Shown here: positions 8,929 through 19,401 of the stretch, piece by piece
Numbering within the stretch: the stretch's first letter is position 1
How the letters are laid out: each line of letters opens with the position of its first letter
Source: an uncultured Lachnoclostridium sp.
GTDB lineage: Bacteria > Bacillota > Clostridia > Lachnospirales > Lachnospiraceae
Length of the DNA stretch: 64,000 nucleotides
Assembly (NCBI GenBank): GCA_947369165.1
Contig: CANBKJ010000004.1
Span: forward strand, 4,552 to 68,551
Direction of reading: 5' to 3'
Notes under the pieces: generated by a model
Told to the model about the DNA's origin: nothing
Databases searched by the model: none
The model's input: only the letters and a program-made list of their open reading frames with translations
Translations under genes and position numbers: made by a program

Positions 8929-11094
8929 ATGAGTGATAAAAAATATCTGGATGAATCACTATCTTTTGAAGAGAGGGCGGAGGCGCTGGTGTCAGAAATG
9001 ACATTGGAGGAAAAAGTATACCAGACTCTTCACGGAGCACCTGCCATAGATCGTTTGGATGTAAAGGCATATAATTATTGGAACGAAGCACTTCACGGTG
9101 TGGCGAGGGCGGGTACGGCGACTGTTTTTCCCCAGGCGATCGGACTTGCTGCTACATTTGATGAAGATTTTTTGGAGGATATCGCAGAAGCGGTCTCTGA
9201 TGAGGGGCGTGCCAAATTTAATGCACAGCAGAAATATGGAGATTATGATATCTATAAAGGTCTTACATTTTGGTCACCAAATGTAAATATATTCCGTGAT
9301 CCGAGATGGGGACGGGGACATGAGACTTTTGGTGAAGATCCTTATCTCACATCAAGGCTGGGGGTCAGATTTATCGAAGGAATGCAGGGTAAAGACGAAA
9401 AATACATGAAAGTTGCTGCCTGCGCAAAACATTTTGCTGTTCACTCCGGTCCAGAGGATGAAAGGCATAGTTTCAATGCGGTTGTCAGTGAACAGGATCT
9501 GAGAGAAACCTATCTTCCGGCTTTTAAAGCATGTGTAAAGGAAGCTGGTGTGGAAGTGGTCATGGGGGCTTATAACCGTACTAACGGAGAAGCTTGCTGC
9601 GGAAGTGGAAGGCTGTTAGAGGACATACTGCGGGGAGAGTGGCAGTTTAAAGGACATGTTACCTCGGACTGCTGGGCGATCAAGGACTTTCATGAATATC
9701 ACATGGTGACTTCTACTCCTGTAGAAAGTGTTGCCCTTGCCATGAATAAAGGCTGTGATCTGAACTGCGGTAATATTTATGGCAATCTGCTAAAGGCGGT
9801 GAAAGACGGACTGGTAGAGGAAGAAACCATCACCCGCGCCGTAAAAAGACTCTTTACCACGAGAATGAAACTGGGGCTCTTTGACCCGCAGGAAAAGGTT
9901 CCTTATCATGCCATTGATTATTGTGTGGTTGACTGCGATAAACATAAAATACTTAATGAAAAGGCAGCAAGGAAAAGTGCAGTTCTGTTAAAGAATGCAG
10001 AGGGGCTTCTTCCATTAGATAAGAAAGATTATAAGACTATCGGTGTGGTGGGACCAAATGCCAATAACCGGAAAGCCCTGGTTGGCAATTATGAGGGAAC
10101 GGCCTCGGAGTATATTACCATTTTGGAGGGAATTCAGCGCTATGTGGGAGAAGATATAAGAGTGCTCTATTCTGCAGGGTGTCATCTCTGCAGGGACCGT
10201 ATGCAGGGATTAGCTCAGGCAAATGACCGTATGTCAGAGGTTCGGGCTGTAGCTGAGTCTTCCGATGTGATTATTGCCTGTCTGGGATTGGATGCAAGTC
10301 TCGAAGGGGAAGAGGGAGATCAAGGAAACGAATTTGCCAGTGGAGATAAGCCGAATTTGAATCTTCCGGGACTGCAGCAGCAAGTATTGGAGGAATTGGT
10401 GAAATCCGGGAAACCTGTTGTTCTTGTTCTCCTTTCTGGAAGTGCTCTTGCTGTGCCATATGCGGACGAACATGTATCGGCGATCCTGCAGGGCTGGTAT
10501 CCAGGAGCGAGAGGTGGAAAGGCGATTGCCGATATTCTTTTTGGAGAGTATTCTCCAGAAGGAAAATTACCAGTAACTTTCTACCGCACATCAGAGGAAC
10601 TTCCGGATTTTAAAGATTATTCTATGAAGAACCGAACCTATCGTTATATGAAAAATGAGGCGCTCTATCCATTTGGTTATGGTTTGAGCTATACTAAATT
10701 TGAAATGAGCGGAACGGAGATCTCAGGGGATAGGATAGCGGCAGATCAGAGTGTTACAGTCCGAACGACACTGACGAACTCTGGAGATATGGAAGGTGCC
10801 GAAACGGTTCAGGTGTATATTCATGCCTGCGTGGAAAATGCTCCGAATTATCAGCTCAAAGCGTTGAAGAAGGTGACGTTGAAGTCCGGGGAGAGCAAGG
10901 AGATCACCTTAACTCTTAGCGGTGCGGATTTTGCCCTTTATAATGAAGAGGGGGTAAAGGTTCTGGAACACTGTGATTACGAAGTATATGTGGGAACCAG
11001 TCAGCCGGATGCGAGAAGTAAAACCTTGATGGGAACGTCTCCAGAAAAATTTGTTGTGAAAAATGAGGGAGACCCTGTTGTGATCGCTGAGTAA
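8929..11094 (+). CDS. GH3 glycoside hydrolase, probable beta-xylosidase
   Basis: WSPNVNIFRDPRWGRGHETFGEDP, KHF and VTSDCWA (nucleophile Asp) motifs; Fn3-like C-terminus; no signal peptide; ATG 8929 has a GGAG RBS. Confidence 0.9.
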   Translation: MSDKKYLDESLSFEERAEALVSEMTLEEKVYQTLHGAPAIDRLDVKAYNYWNEALHGVARAGTATVFPQAIGLAATFDEDFLEDIAEAVSDEGRAKFNAQQKYGDYDIYKGLTFWSPNVNIFRDPRWGRGHETFGEDPYLTSRLGVRFIEGMQGKDEKYMKVAACAKHFAVHSGPEDERHSFNAVVSEQDLRETYLPAFKACVKEAGVEVVMGAYNRTNGEACCGSGRLLEDILRGEWQFKGHVTSDCWAIKDFHEYHMVTSTPVESVALAMNKGCDLNCGNIYGNLLKAVKDGLVEEETITRAVKRLFTTRMKLGLFDPQEKVPYHAIDYCVVDCDKHKILNEKAARKSAVLLKNAEGLLPLDKKDYKTIGVVGPNANNRKALVGNYEGTASEYITILEGIQRYVGEDIRVLYSAGCHLCRDRMQGLAQANDRMSEVRAVAESSDVIIACLGLDASLEGEEGDQGNEFASGDKPNLNLPGLQQQVLEELVKSGKPVVLVLLSGSALAVPYADEHVSAILQGWYPGARGGKAIADILFGEYSPEGKLPVTFYRTSEELPDFKDYSMKNRTYRYMKNEALYPFGYGLSYTKFEMSGTEISGDRIAADQSVTVRTTLTNSGDMEGAETVQVYIHACVENAPNYQLKALKKVTLKSGESKEITLTLSGADFALYNEEGVKVLEHCDYEVYVGTSQPDARSKTLMGTSPEKFVVKNEGDPVVIAE

Positions 11095-11106
11095 ATGGAG
11101 GAGAGA

Positions 11107-13125
11107 ATGAACACTGCAAATTATACGAAATGCTGGCTGGATTATAAAGAACTGCCAGAAGCGCAGAAAAAAGCCTGTTTTTATTATCCTGTGTTGATGA
11201 CGGGAGGGAAGGTCGCCGACACAGCAGGAGAAGAGTATTGTACGTCCATGGCACAGCTGCTGGGAGAACCGGTGGAACTTCTGGGTGAGGCCTTTGAGGA
11301 GCCGGGAGTCTATATGGAAGTGGATCCAGAGCTGGAAGTTCCTGGCTGTGAAGGGGCACTGGCGTTTCAGACCTTTATGATTTCCGAAGAAGAGGGAAGT
11401 ATGATCATCACTGGTAAATCGGAGGAAGCATTGTTACAGGGGGTATTTGCCTTTGTACGTATGGTTTATCTTGAAGAGCTGGATGCGAAATTGCCCTATC
11501 GTTTTACACCGACGATGCCCCTTCGGATTATGAATCATTGGGATGATATGAATGGCGGTATCGAGAGGGGGTATTCCGGGCAGTCCTTCTTTTATGAGGA
11601 CTACAAAATGTTCTACAATGATAGAATAGAAATGTACGCCCGGCTGATGGCATCCATCGGTACGAATGCGATTGTGATCAATAATGTGAATGTGCATGAA
11701 AAAGAGACCTACCTCATTACTGATGTGTATTTGGATATGGTGAAAAAATATGCGGATCTGTTTGGCAGATATGGTATAAAACTTTTCCTTAGTGTAAATT
11801 TTGCAGCTCCAATGGAGCTGGGAAATATCCCGGTATCAGATCCTCTGGATCCAGGTGTGATTAGATGGTGGGAGCAGGCCGTTGAGCATATTTACGAAGT
11901 GATTCCTGAATTTGGCGGATTTTTGGTAAAAGCAGATTCTGAGGGAAGACCGGGGCCCTTTACTTATGGAAGAACCCATGCGGATGGTGCCAATATGCTG
12001 GCCAGAGCGCTGGCGCCTTATGGTGGCATCGTTGTGTGGAGGTGTTTTGTATACAACTGCGGTCAGGACTGGAGGGATCAGAAGACCGACCGGGCAAGGG
12101 CTGCCTATGATCATTTTATGGCTTTAGACGGAAAGTTTGATGATAATGTGATACTTCAGATTAAAAATGGTCCGATGGACTTTCAGGTCAGAGAGCCGGT
12201 ATCGCCGCTCTTTGGAGGACTGAAAAAGACAAATATGATCCTTGAAGTACAGATTGCCCAGGAATATACCGGACAGCAGATCGATCTCTGCTATCTGATC
12301 CCGATGTGGAAGGAGATTCTTTCTTTTGATACCTATGGAATGGGAGAGGGAACGACTGTGGAAAGGGTAGTCTCTGGAGAGTGTTATGGACAGAGCCTGT
12401 GTGGCATCGCCGGCGTGATCAATACCGGGGATGATGAGAACTGGACGGGAAATGATCTTGCAGCGGCAAATCTGTATGGATTTGGACGTCTGGCGATGGA
12501 GGCCTCCCTGAGTGCAGAGCGGATCGCCAGTGAGTGGACCAGATTGTCCCTCGGCAGTTCCAGGGATGTGACGGAGGTCGTCGTGCCCATGCTGTGCGGC
12601 TCCTGGGGGACCTATGAAAAATATAATGCGCCTCTGGGAATTGGCTGGATGGTCACCCCTCATTATCACTACGGACCGGATATCGACGGGTATGAATATG
12701 ACCGCTGGGGGACCTATCACCGGGCAGACCTCCATGGGATCGGTGTGGACCGGACAGAAAAGGGGACCGGGTATGTGACCCAGTACAATGAGCCCTGGTG
12801 TTCCATATATGGAGATTTGGAAAAATGTCCGGAAGAGCTGTTGCTTTTTTTCCATCATATTCCATATACCTACATGCTAAGAACTGGGAAAACCTTGATC
12901 CAGCACATATATGACACCCACTTTGAAGGTGTCCAGGAAGTGGAGACGATGCAGAAAAACTGGAATACACTCAAGAGTAAAATCTCAGATCGTGCTTTTT
13001 CCTGTGTGGCGGAGCGTTTTGAGAGACAGCTGGAGAATGCAAGGGAATGGCGCGACCGTGTAAATACATATTTTTATCGTAAATGTGGCATTGAGGATGA
13101 AAAAGGAAGAAAAATTTACCCCTGA
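11107..13125 (+). CDS. aguA: GH67 alpha-glucuronidase
   Basis: NHWDDMNGGIERGYSG, KADSEGRPGP and KNGPMDFQVREP motifs; start chosen by GGAGG RBS (alternative 11095). Confidence 0.93.
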   Translation: MNTANYTKCWLDYKELPEAQKKACFYYPVLMTGGKVADTAGEEYCTSMAQLLGEPVELLGEAFEEPGVYMEVDPELEVPGCEGALAFQTFMISEEEGSMIITGKSEEALLQGVFAFVRMVYLEELDAKLPYRFTPTMPLRIMNHWDDMNGGIERGYSGQSFFYEDYKMFYNDRIEMYARLMASIGTNAIVINNVNVHEKETYLITDVYLDMVKKYADLFGRYGIKLFLSVNFAAPMELGNIPVSDPLDPGVIRWWEQAVEHIYEVIPEFGGFLVKADSEGRPGPFTYGRTHADGANMLARALAPYGGIVVWRCFVYNCGQDWRDQKTDRARAAYDHFMALDGKFDDNVILQIKNGPMDFQVREPVSPLFGGLKKTNMILEVQIAQEYTGQQIDLCYLIPMWKEILSFDTYGMGEGTTVERVVSGECYGQSLCGIAGVINTGDDENWTGNDLAAANLYGFGRLAMEASLSAERIASEWTRLSLGSSRDVTEVVVPMLCGSWGTYEKYNAPLGIGWMVTPHYHYGPDIDGYEYDRWGTYHRADLHGIGVDRTEKGTGYVTQYNEPWCSIYGDLEKCPEELLLFFHHIPYTYMLRTGKTLIQHIYDTHFEGVQEVETMQKNWNTLKSKISDRAFSCVAERFERQLENAREWRDRVNTYFYRKCGIEDEKGRKIYP

Positions 13126-13160
13126 TGTATTTTATTTTGTAAGGAAAGGAAGAATAGTAA

Positions 13161-14234
13161 ATGGAAATGACATTAAGATGGTATGGCGAGGGAAATGACA
13201 GTGTGACACTGGAACAGATTCGTCAGATACCAGGAGTAACCGGAGTTATCACAGCACTTCATGACATTCCGGCGGGAGAGCCATGGACCTATGAGGATGT
13301 TATGAAAAGAAAGCAGGAAGTGGAGGCAAAGGGACTTCAACTGACAGGTATTGAGAGTATCAATGTCCATGAGGACATAAAGATTGGCCTGCCTTCCCGT
13401 GACCAGCTGATGGAGAACTACAGGAAGTCTTTGGAGGCAGTGGGTAAAGCGGGGATCCATCTGGTATGTTACAACTTTATGCCAGTTTTTGACTGGACAA
13501 GAACAGATCTTGCGATGCCTCTGGAAGATGGTTCCACCGCACTTGCTTATGATTCCTCTATCATTGACGGAATCGATGCCAGTGAGATGTTTGACCGTAT
13601 CGAAAAAGCCAGCGGCGGCTTTGTTATGCCTGGCTGGGAGCCAAACCGTAAGGCGGAGATCATGGAACTTTTTGAAAAATATAAAGATGTGACAGCGGAC
13701 AAGCTCCGGGAGAATTTTAAGTATTTTCTCGATGGCATTATGCCAGTCTGTGAAAAATTCCAGATCAAGATGGCGGTTCATCCGGATGATCCGGCATGGG
13801 ATGTGTTTGGGCTTCCAAGAATTGTAACCTGTGAGGAGGATCTGTTAAAGATCGCTTCCCTGAATGACAGTATTTATAACGGGTTTACTTTCTGTACCGG
13901 CTCCCTGGGAAGTAATCTGAACAACGATCTACCGAAGATCATCCGCAATCCGAAGATTGCCGAGAGAATACATTTTGCCCACATCCGGAATATCAAGTAT
14001 GAAAATGACGACCTGTTCCATGAGGTATCCCATCTTTCATCCGATGGCAATTTTGATATGTACGAGATTGTGAAGGCATTGATTGAGACGGGCTTTGATG
14101 GTGTGATTCGTCCAGACCATGGCAGAATGATCTGGGATGAGCAGGCGAGACCGGGGTACGGGCTCTACGACCGCGCATTGGGCGTGGCTTATCTGAACGG
14201 TCTTTGGGAAGCCATCAAGAAAAATAGTAAATGA
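13161..14234 (+). CDS. uxuA: Mannonate dehydratase
   Basis: MEMTLRWYG, CYNFMPVFDWTRT, HPDDP and RPDHGR motifs. Confidence 0.95.
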   Translation: MEMTLRWYGEGNDSVTLEQIRQIPGVTGVITALHDIPAGEPWTYEDVMKRKQEVEAKGLQLTGIESINVHEDIKIGLPSRDQLMENYRKSLEAVGKAGIHLVCYNFMPVFDWTRTDLAMPLEDGSTALAYDSSIIDGIDASEMFDRIEKASGGFVMPGWEPNRKAEIMELFEKYKDVTADKLRENFKYFLDGIMPVCEKFQIKMAVHPDDPAWDVFGLPRIVTCEEDLLKIASLNDSIYNGFTFCTGSLGSNLNNDLPKIIRNPKIAERIHFAHIRNIKYENDDLFHEVSHLSSDGNFDMYEIVKALIETGFDGVIRPDHGRMIWDEQARPGYGLYDRALGVAYLNGLWEAIKKNSK

Positions 14235-14256
14235 ATTTGGAAAGGACAGTAAGATC

Positions 14257-15870
14257 ATGAAATTGACAGATTTGCAAAAGGAAGTTTCTGGCGACTGGAA
14301 GGCAAAAGGCTATGAACTTCCAGAGTATGACCGGGAAGCCGTAAAGAAAAACACGAAGGATAACCCTGCCTGGGTTCATTTTGGAGCGGGAAATATTTTC
14401 CGGGCATTTCCGGCTGAAATACTTCAGAGATTGTTAAACAGCGGCGCGTATGACAAGGGTGTGATTGTGGCGGAGAGTTTTGACCATGAGATTATCACAA
14501 AGGCTTATAAACCATATGATTCCCTCAGTCTTTCCGTGGTTTTGAAATCCAACGGTACCATTGAAAAAAAGGTGGTGGGGAGCGTTGTGGAAGCACTGGT
14601 GGCGGATCAGTCGGTTCCAGAAGACTTTTCCAGGCTCTTTGAGATTTTTGAGTCCCCGTCGTTACAAATCGCAAGTTTTACCATTACTGAGAAGGGCTAC
14701 AGTCTCCATGACGGAAAGGGAGATATCCTTCCGGTAGTAGAAGCCGGTTTTAAAGAGCCAGTGGAGAATCAGGGGCATCTTATGGGAAGGATCGCGGCGT
14801 TATGCTACCGCCGTTATCAGACCTGTAAGGCGCCAATCGCCCTGTCCAGTATGGATAACTGTTCCCATAACGGAGATAAACTGAAAGAAGGCGTCATGGC
14901 CTTTGTAGAGGCATGGACGAAGAATGGTATTGTTGAGAAGGAATTTGAGGATTTTATGAAGGATTCGTCGAAGGTATCTTTCCCCTGTTCCATGATCGAC
15001 AAAATTACTCCGAGACCGGATGAAAATGTGAAGAAGATGCTGGAGGAGGACGGCTTTGAGGATACAGAGCTGATCGTTACCAGCCGTAATACCTATACAT
15101 CGCCTTTTGTAAATTCTGAGGAAACAGGGTATCTGGTAATTGAGGACTCCTTCCCGAATGGGAGACCGCCGCTGGAAAAAGCGGGCGTTCTTTTTACCGA
15201 CAAAGAGACGGTGGATAAGGTGGAGAGAATGAAGGTATGTACCTGTTTGAATCCTCTTCATACAGCGCTGGCTGTGTATGGCTGTCTGCTGTCCCATACC
15301 TCTATCCATGAGGAGATGAAGGATGCAGAGTTATCTTCTCTTATCGAAAAAATGTGTTACGAAGAGGGAATGCCGGTGGTGGTAGATCCGGGAGTTATCG
15401 ATCCGAAGGATTTTGCTGGTGCTGTGCTAAAGTTGAGATTTCCAAATCCTTTTATGCCGGATTCACCGCAGCGAATTGCTACAGATACCTCCCAGAAGCT
15501 GTCTGTGCGGTTTGGAGAGACGATCAAATCCTATCTGGCAAGCGATACACTGGATGTAAAATCCCTGACGCTGATCCCTCTGGTACTGGCTGGCTGGTGC
15601 CGCTATCTCATGGGAGTCAATGATGACGGTGAGAAATTTGAACAGAGCCCGGATCCTCTGTTAGAAAAAGTTACAAAATACGTGTCCGGAGTAAAACTTG
15701 GTGAAGAGACGGATGTGCATGCCGCACTGGAACCTATTTTGAAAGATGACACTATATTTGGTGTGAATCTCTATGAGGCAGGTCTCGGTGAGAAGGTGGA
15801 AGGCATGTTTGCCGAGCTGACAGCTGGTAAAGGTGCGATCCGCAGCACATTGAAAAAGTATGTAAAATAA
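14257..15870 (+). CDS. uxuB: Mannitol-dehydrogenase-family D-mannonate oxidoreductase
   Basis: WVHFGAGNIFRAF, MIDKITP, LNPLHT and RIATDTSQK motifs; adjacent to uxuA. Confidence 0.85.
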   Translation: MKLTDLQKEVSGDWKAKGYELPEYDREAVKKNTKDNPAWVHFGAGNIFRAFPAEILQRLLNSGAYDKGVIVAESFDHEIITKAYKPYDSLSLSVVLKSNGTIEKKVVGSVVEALVADQSVPEDFSRLFEIFESPSLQIASFTITEKGYSLHDGKGDILPVVEAGFKEPVENQGHLMGRIAALCYRRYQTCKAPIALSSMDNCSHNGDKLKEGVMAFVEAWTKNGIVEKEFEDFMKDSSKVSFPCSMIDKITPRPDENVKKMLEEDGFEDTELIVTSRNTYTSPFVNSEETGYLVIEDSFPNGRPPLEKAGVLFTDKETVDKVERMKVCTCLNPLHTALAVYGCLLSHTSIHEEMKDAELSSLIEKMCYEEGMPVVVDPGVIDPKDFAGAVLKLRFPNPFMPDSPQRIATDTSQKLSVRFGETIKSYLASDTLDVKSLTLIPLVLAGWCRYLMGVNDDGEKFEQSPDPLLEKVTKYVSGVKLGEETDVHAALEPILKDDTIFGVNLYEAGLGEKVEGMFAELTAGKGAIRSTLKKYVK

Positions 15871-15902
15871 CAGTAAACATGGTGCTGTGAAACGCACCGT
15901 AG

Positions 15903-15949
15903 AAAAGAACAGCTTCCTATTTAAAGTTAAGTTAGAAAGCTGTTCTTTT
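15903..15949. terminator. Bidirectional intrinsic terminator between convergent uxuB and sigG
   Basis: AAAAGAACAGCTT ... AAGCTGTTCTTTT perfect 13-bp arms with A and T tracts. Confidence 0.85.
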
Positions 15950-15991
15950 TGATTTGAAGCCATAAGATATGAAAAGGGAAAACGAAAGGAA

Positions 15992-16768
15992 TTATGCCAG
16001 CGCGGTTTTCATGATCCCCAATGCGTTCTTTTCCAGACGGGAGACCTGAGCCTGGGAGATATGGATTTCTTCTGCCACCTCCATCTGGGTTTTTCCCTGA
16101 AAATACCGGAGATCAATGATGTTTTTTTCCCGTTCGGGAAGAGTTTTCATAGCTTCCCGCAGAGAGAGCATTTCCACCCAGTTTGCCTCTTTGTTTTTCG
16201 TGTCGCTGATCTGGTCCATGATATAGAGTGTATCGCCCCCTTCTGAATAAACGGGTTCATACAGAGAGACAGGGCTCTGTATGGCGTCCAGGGCAAAGAC
16301 GATGTCTTCTGCCGGCACATCAAGTTCCTTTGCGATATCCTCGATGGTTGGCTCCCGGTCAGACTTTTTCATCATGGCTTCCTTTGTATAGATTGCCTTA
16401 TAGGCGATATCTCTAAGGGACCGGCTGACCCGGATCGAGTTGTTGTCCCGGAGGAAGCGACGGACTTCTCCAATGATCATAGGTACCGCATAGGTGCTGA
16501 ATTTGACGTTCAGTGTGACATCAAAATTATCAATTGCCTTGATCAGTCCGATACAGCCGATTTGAAACAGATCGTCGATGTTCTCATTTGAGTTGGTAAA
16601 GCGTTGGATAATACTGAGGACAAGACGGAGGTTTCCTTTGATATAAGTGTCTCTTGCCTCCTTATTTCCCTTGGCAATTTCTTTAAAGAGCTGTTCTTTT
16701 TCATCTTCGGTTAAGAGGGGAAGTTTGCTTGTATTTACTCCGCATATTTCGACTTTATATTGTGCCAT
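15992..16768 (-). CDS. sigG: Sporulation sigma factor G
   Basis: Diagnostic N-terminus KVEICGVNTSKLPLL; DDLFQIGCIGLIKAIDNFD; TQMEVAEEIHISQAQVSRLEK; GGAGG RBS. Confidence 0.95.
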   Translation of the reverse strand: MAQYKVEICGVNTSKLPLLTEDEKEQLFKEIAKGNKEARDTYIKGNLRLVLSIIQRFTNSNENIDDLFQIGCIGLIKAIDNFDVTLNVKFSTYAVPMIIGEVRRFLRDNNSIRVSRSLRDIAYKAIYTKEAMMKKSDREPTIEDIAKELDVPAEDIVFALDAIQSPVSLYEPVYSEGGDTLYIMDQISDTKNKEANWVEMLSLREAMKTLPEREKNIIDLRYFQGKTQMEVAEEIHISQAQVSRLEKNALGIMKTALA

Positions 16769-16969
16769 AGTGACAGACCTCCATGCCGGTGAATTATTTG
16801 AGAAGTGAGCCTGTTGATGAAGTGATGGCGCACCATTTGATTCTGTAAAATATTCTGCTCATAAATGAATGAATTATTCTCGGAAATCATAGATTTATAA
16901 AAATATGATTGCTTCCGGATTGAGGGAAATGGAATCCCTGTTCCCGGAGCAGAAGTGTGAGCTGACGGT

Positions 16970-17224
16970 ATGAGAATCTGTGAATTAAAGGAAAAAGAAG
17001 TGATCAACGTATGTGACGGTGAGAGACTGGGGTATGTAGAGGACATGATTTTTGATCTGTGTAAGGGCTGTATCAGCCATATTATTGTGCCAGGTCCCTG
17101 CAAATTCTTTGGAATTTTTGGAAAAGAAGAGGAATTTGTGATTGACCTGTCCTGTATACGGCAGATTGGCGCTGATGTCATCCTGGTGGAGATCAATGTG
17201 GAAAAAGCAAGAAAAAAATGTTAA
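16970..17224 (+). CDS. ylmC: YlmC/YmxH-family PRC-barrel sporulation protein
   Basis: MRICELKEKEVINVCDGERLG ... IRQIGADVILV. Confidence 0.85.
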   Translation: MRICELKEKEVINVCDGERLGYVEDMIFDLCKGCISHIIVPGPCKFFGIFGKEEEFVIDLSCIRQIGADVILVEINVEKARKKC

Positions 17225-17308
17225 AAACATCTTTACGTGAGATGAAATATCGATTATCATAGTAAAGGATCCTAGAATCCAATAACAATCGGAAAGGAAA
17301 ACTCAGCT

Positions 17309-17764
17309 ATGAAGTGTCCATTTTGCGGAGAAGAAAATACAAAGGTGATTGATTCCAGGCCAGCGGATGATAATAGTTCCATCCGCCGCAGAAGACAGTG
17401 TGAAAAATGTGATAAAAGATTTACGACGTACGAAAAATTAGAGACGATTCCCCTTGTGGTGATCAAAAAAGATCTGGCAAGGGAACCTTATGACCGGTCC
17501 AAAATTGAGAGAGGGTTGTTTCGTTCCTGTACCAAGCTTCCCATCTCCGTCGACCAGATCAATCAGATCGTGGACAGTGTCGAGACGGAGATCTTTAATC
17601 TCGAGAAAAAAGAAGTTCCCAGCCAGTATATCGGAGAGGTGGTCATGGAGCGCTTAAAAGAGCTGGATCCGGTGGCCTATGTAAGATTTGCCTCCATTTA
17701 CCGGGAATTTAAAGATGTGAATACGTTTATGGATGAGATAAAAAAAATACTGGACAACCAGTGA
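17309..17764 (+). CDS. nrdR: Transcriptional repressor NrdR
   Basis: MKCPFCG...VIDSR...IRRRRQCEKCDKRFTTYE; ATP cone; DPVAYVRFASIY. Confidence 0.97.
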   Translation: MKCPFCGEENTKVIDSRPADDNSSIRRRRQCEKCDKRFTTYEKLETIPLVVIKKDLAREPYDRSKIERGLFRSCTKLPISVDQINQIVDSVETEIFNLEKKEVPSQYIGEVVMERLKELDPVAYVRFASIYREFKDVNTFMDEIKKILDNQ

Positions 17765-17796
17765 TACCTGGTGCTATACTCGTATCAGGTAATTTT
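17765..17796 (+). terminator. Possible terminator after nrdR
   Basis: TACCTGGT...ATCAGGTA stem followed by ATTTT. Confidence 0.45.
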
Positions 17797-17853
17797 CTCC
17801 CCTGCGGCAGGACTGGCTGCTGATGTCAGGTCAAACAAAGGGGGAAACATATA

Positions 17854-19401
17854 TTGTATAGTAAAATATACGGTGCCGGTATTACAGGACTTGAGGCACG
17901 TATTATTCAGGTTGAGGCAGACGTTTCCAATGGTCTGCCTGTCTTTCATATGGTGGGAGTCCTTGCTTCCGCCGTAAAAGAGGCGAGGGAGAGGGTGCGG
18001 ATTTCACTCCAGAATTCAGGGTTTCGGATTCCCGCTAAACGGATCACGGTTAATCTTTCTCCGGCAGATCTGAGAAAGGATGGATCCGGTTATGATCTTC
18101 CTATCGCGATTTCTTTGCTTGCCGCTTCTGGCATTCTTCCACAGAACACAGATAAATCCATACTGATGGCGGGAGAGCTTGGGTTGAATGGGCACATTTG
18201 CAGCATCCAGGGGGCTCTTGCTATGGCACTGCAGGCAAAAAAAGAGGGCTTTCGCCAGTTTCTTCTTCCGAAGGAAAATGCCAGGGAAGCCGCCATGGTA
18301 GATGGCATCGATATCATTGGGGTTACTACGCTTCTAGAGGCGGTTGAATATCTAAAAGGCGGTCTGGAACTTTCTCCTGTACGAGTAGATCTGAATGCCC
18401 TGCGCCAACGGCTTGAAGAAGATACCTGGGAAGATTTTGACGAGGTGTATGGACAGGAAACGGCGAAAAAAGCGCTGGTGACAGCTGTAAGCGGAGGGCA
18501 TAATATACTATTGATTGGAGCGCCGGGAACTGGAAAGACCATGCTGGCAAAAAGGCTTCCTGGCATTATGCCGCTGCTGACCAGGGATGAGGCAGTGGAA
18601 CTTACTAAAATATATGGAATTGCAGGCCTTCTCAGAGAGGATATGCCACTGATATCCCGTAGTCCCTTTCGGGCGCCTCATCACAGCATTCCAGCAGCTG
18701 CCATGGCGGGGGGCGGAAAGGATCCGATTCCCGGTGAAATAACCCTTTCCCATAACGGTGTGCTGTTCCTGGATGAACTTCCAGAGTTTGACAGAAATAC
18801 GTTAGAGATCTTGAGACAGCCCATGGAAGAGGGGCAGATCCATATAGCAAGACTGGGGCATTCCTATTCATTTCCAGCGGATATGATTGTTGTGGGGGCC
18901 ATGAATCCCTGTAAGTGTGGATATTATCCAGATGTAAACCGTTGCCGCTGTACCCAGGGGCAGATCCAGAGCTATCTGTCGAGGATCAGTGAACCTCTCT
19001 TGGACCGGATGGATATCTGTGTGGAGATGGAGCGGATCGATGGCAGGGAGATAAAATGCCAGGGAAAGGCAAGTGCGGAGATCCGCAGACAGGTTCAGAT
19101 GGCGAGGGAGATTCAGTCCGAGCGGTATCGGGATGAAACAATTACACGGAACAGCCAGCTCACGGGCAAATTGTTGAAAAAGTACTGCGGGCTGGGGAGG
19201 AAGGAAAAGAGGTGTTTTGGAGACCTTCGGGAACAGCTGGGTATTTCTGCAAGAGGGGCGGAAAGGATGCTCCGGGTGGCGCGTACCCTGGCAGATTTAG
19301 AGCAGAGTGGAGAGATCAGGGAAGTGCATTTGCTGCAGGCATCGGTTTATAAGTCCATAAATCGAAAATTCTGGGGGATGGAGGCATCGTATGAAGGGTG
19401 A
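17854..19401 (+). CDS. yifB: YifB/ComM-family Mg-chelatase-like AAA+ ATPase
   Basis: Lon-like N-terminus (RITVNLSPADLRKDGSGYDLPIA); Walker A GAPGTGKT; GVLFLDELPEF; TTG start. Confidence 0.92.
   Translation: MYSKIYGAGITGLEARIIQVEADVSNGLPVFHMVGVLASAVKEARERVRISLQNSGFRIPAKRITVNLSPADLRKDGSGYDLPIAISLLAASGILPQNTDKSILMAGELGLNGHICSIQGALAMALQAKKEGFRQFLLPKENAREAAMVDGIDIIGVTTLLEAVEYLKGGLELSPVRVDLNALRQRLEEDTWEDFDEVYGQETAKKALVTAVSGGHNILLIGAPGTGKTMLAKRLPGIMPLLTRDEAVELTKIYGIAGLLREDMPLISRSPFRAPHHSIPAAAMAGGGKDPIPGEITLSHNGVLFLDELPEFDRNTLEILRQPMEEGQIHIARLGHSYSFPADMIVVGAMNPCKCGYYPDVNRCRCTQGQIQSYLSRISEPLLDRMDICVEMERIDGREIKCQGKASAEIRRQVQMAREIQSERYRDETITRNSQLTGKLLKKYCGLGRKEKRCFGDLREQLGISARGAERMLRVARTLADLEQSGEIREVHLLQASVYKSINRKFWGMEASYEG

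Noticed and set aside
16794-16862. 22-codon minus-strand ORF just upstream of sigG (MSRIFYRIKWCAITSSTGSLLK)
   Set aside because: No Shine-Dalgarno sequence; length expected by chance
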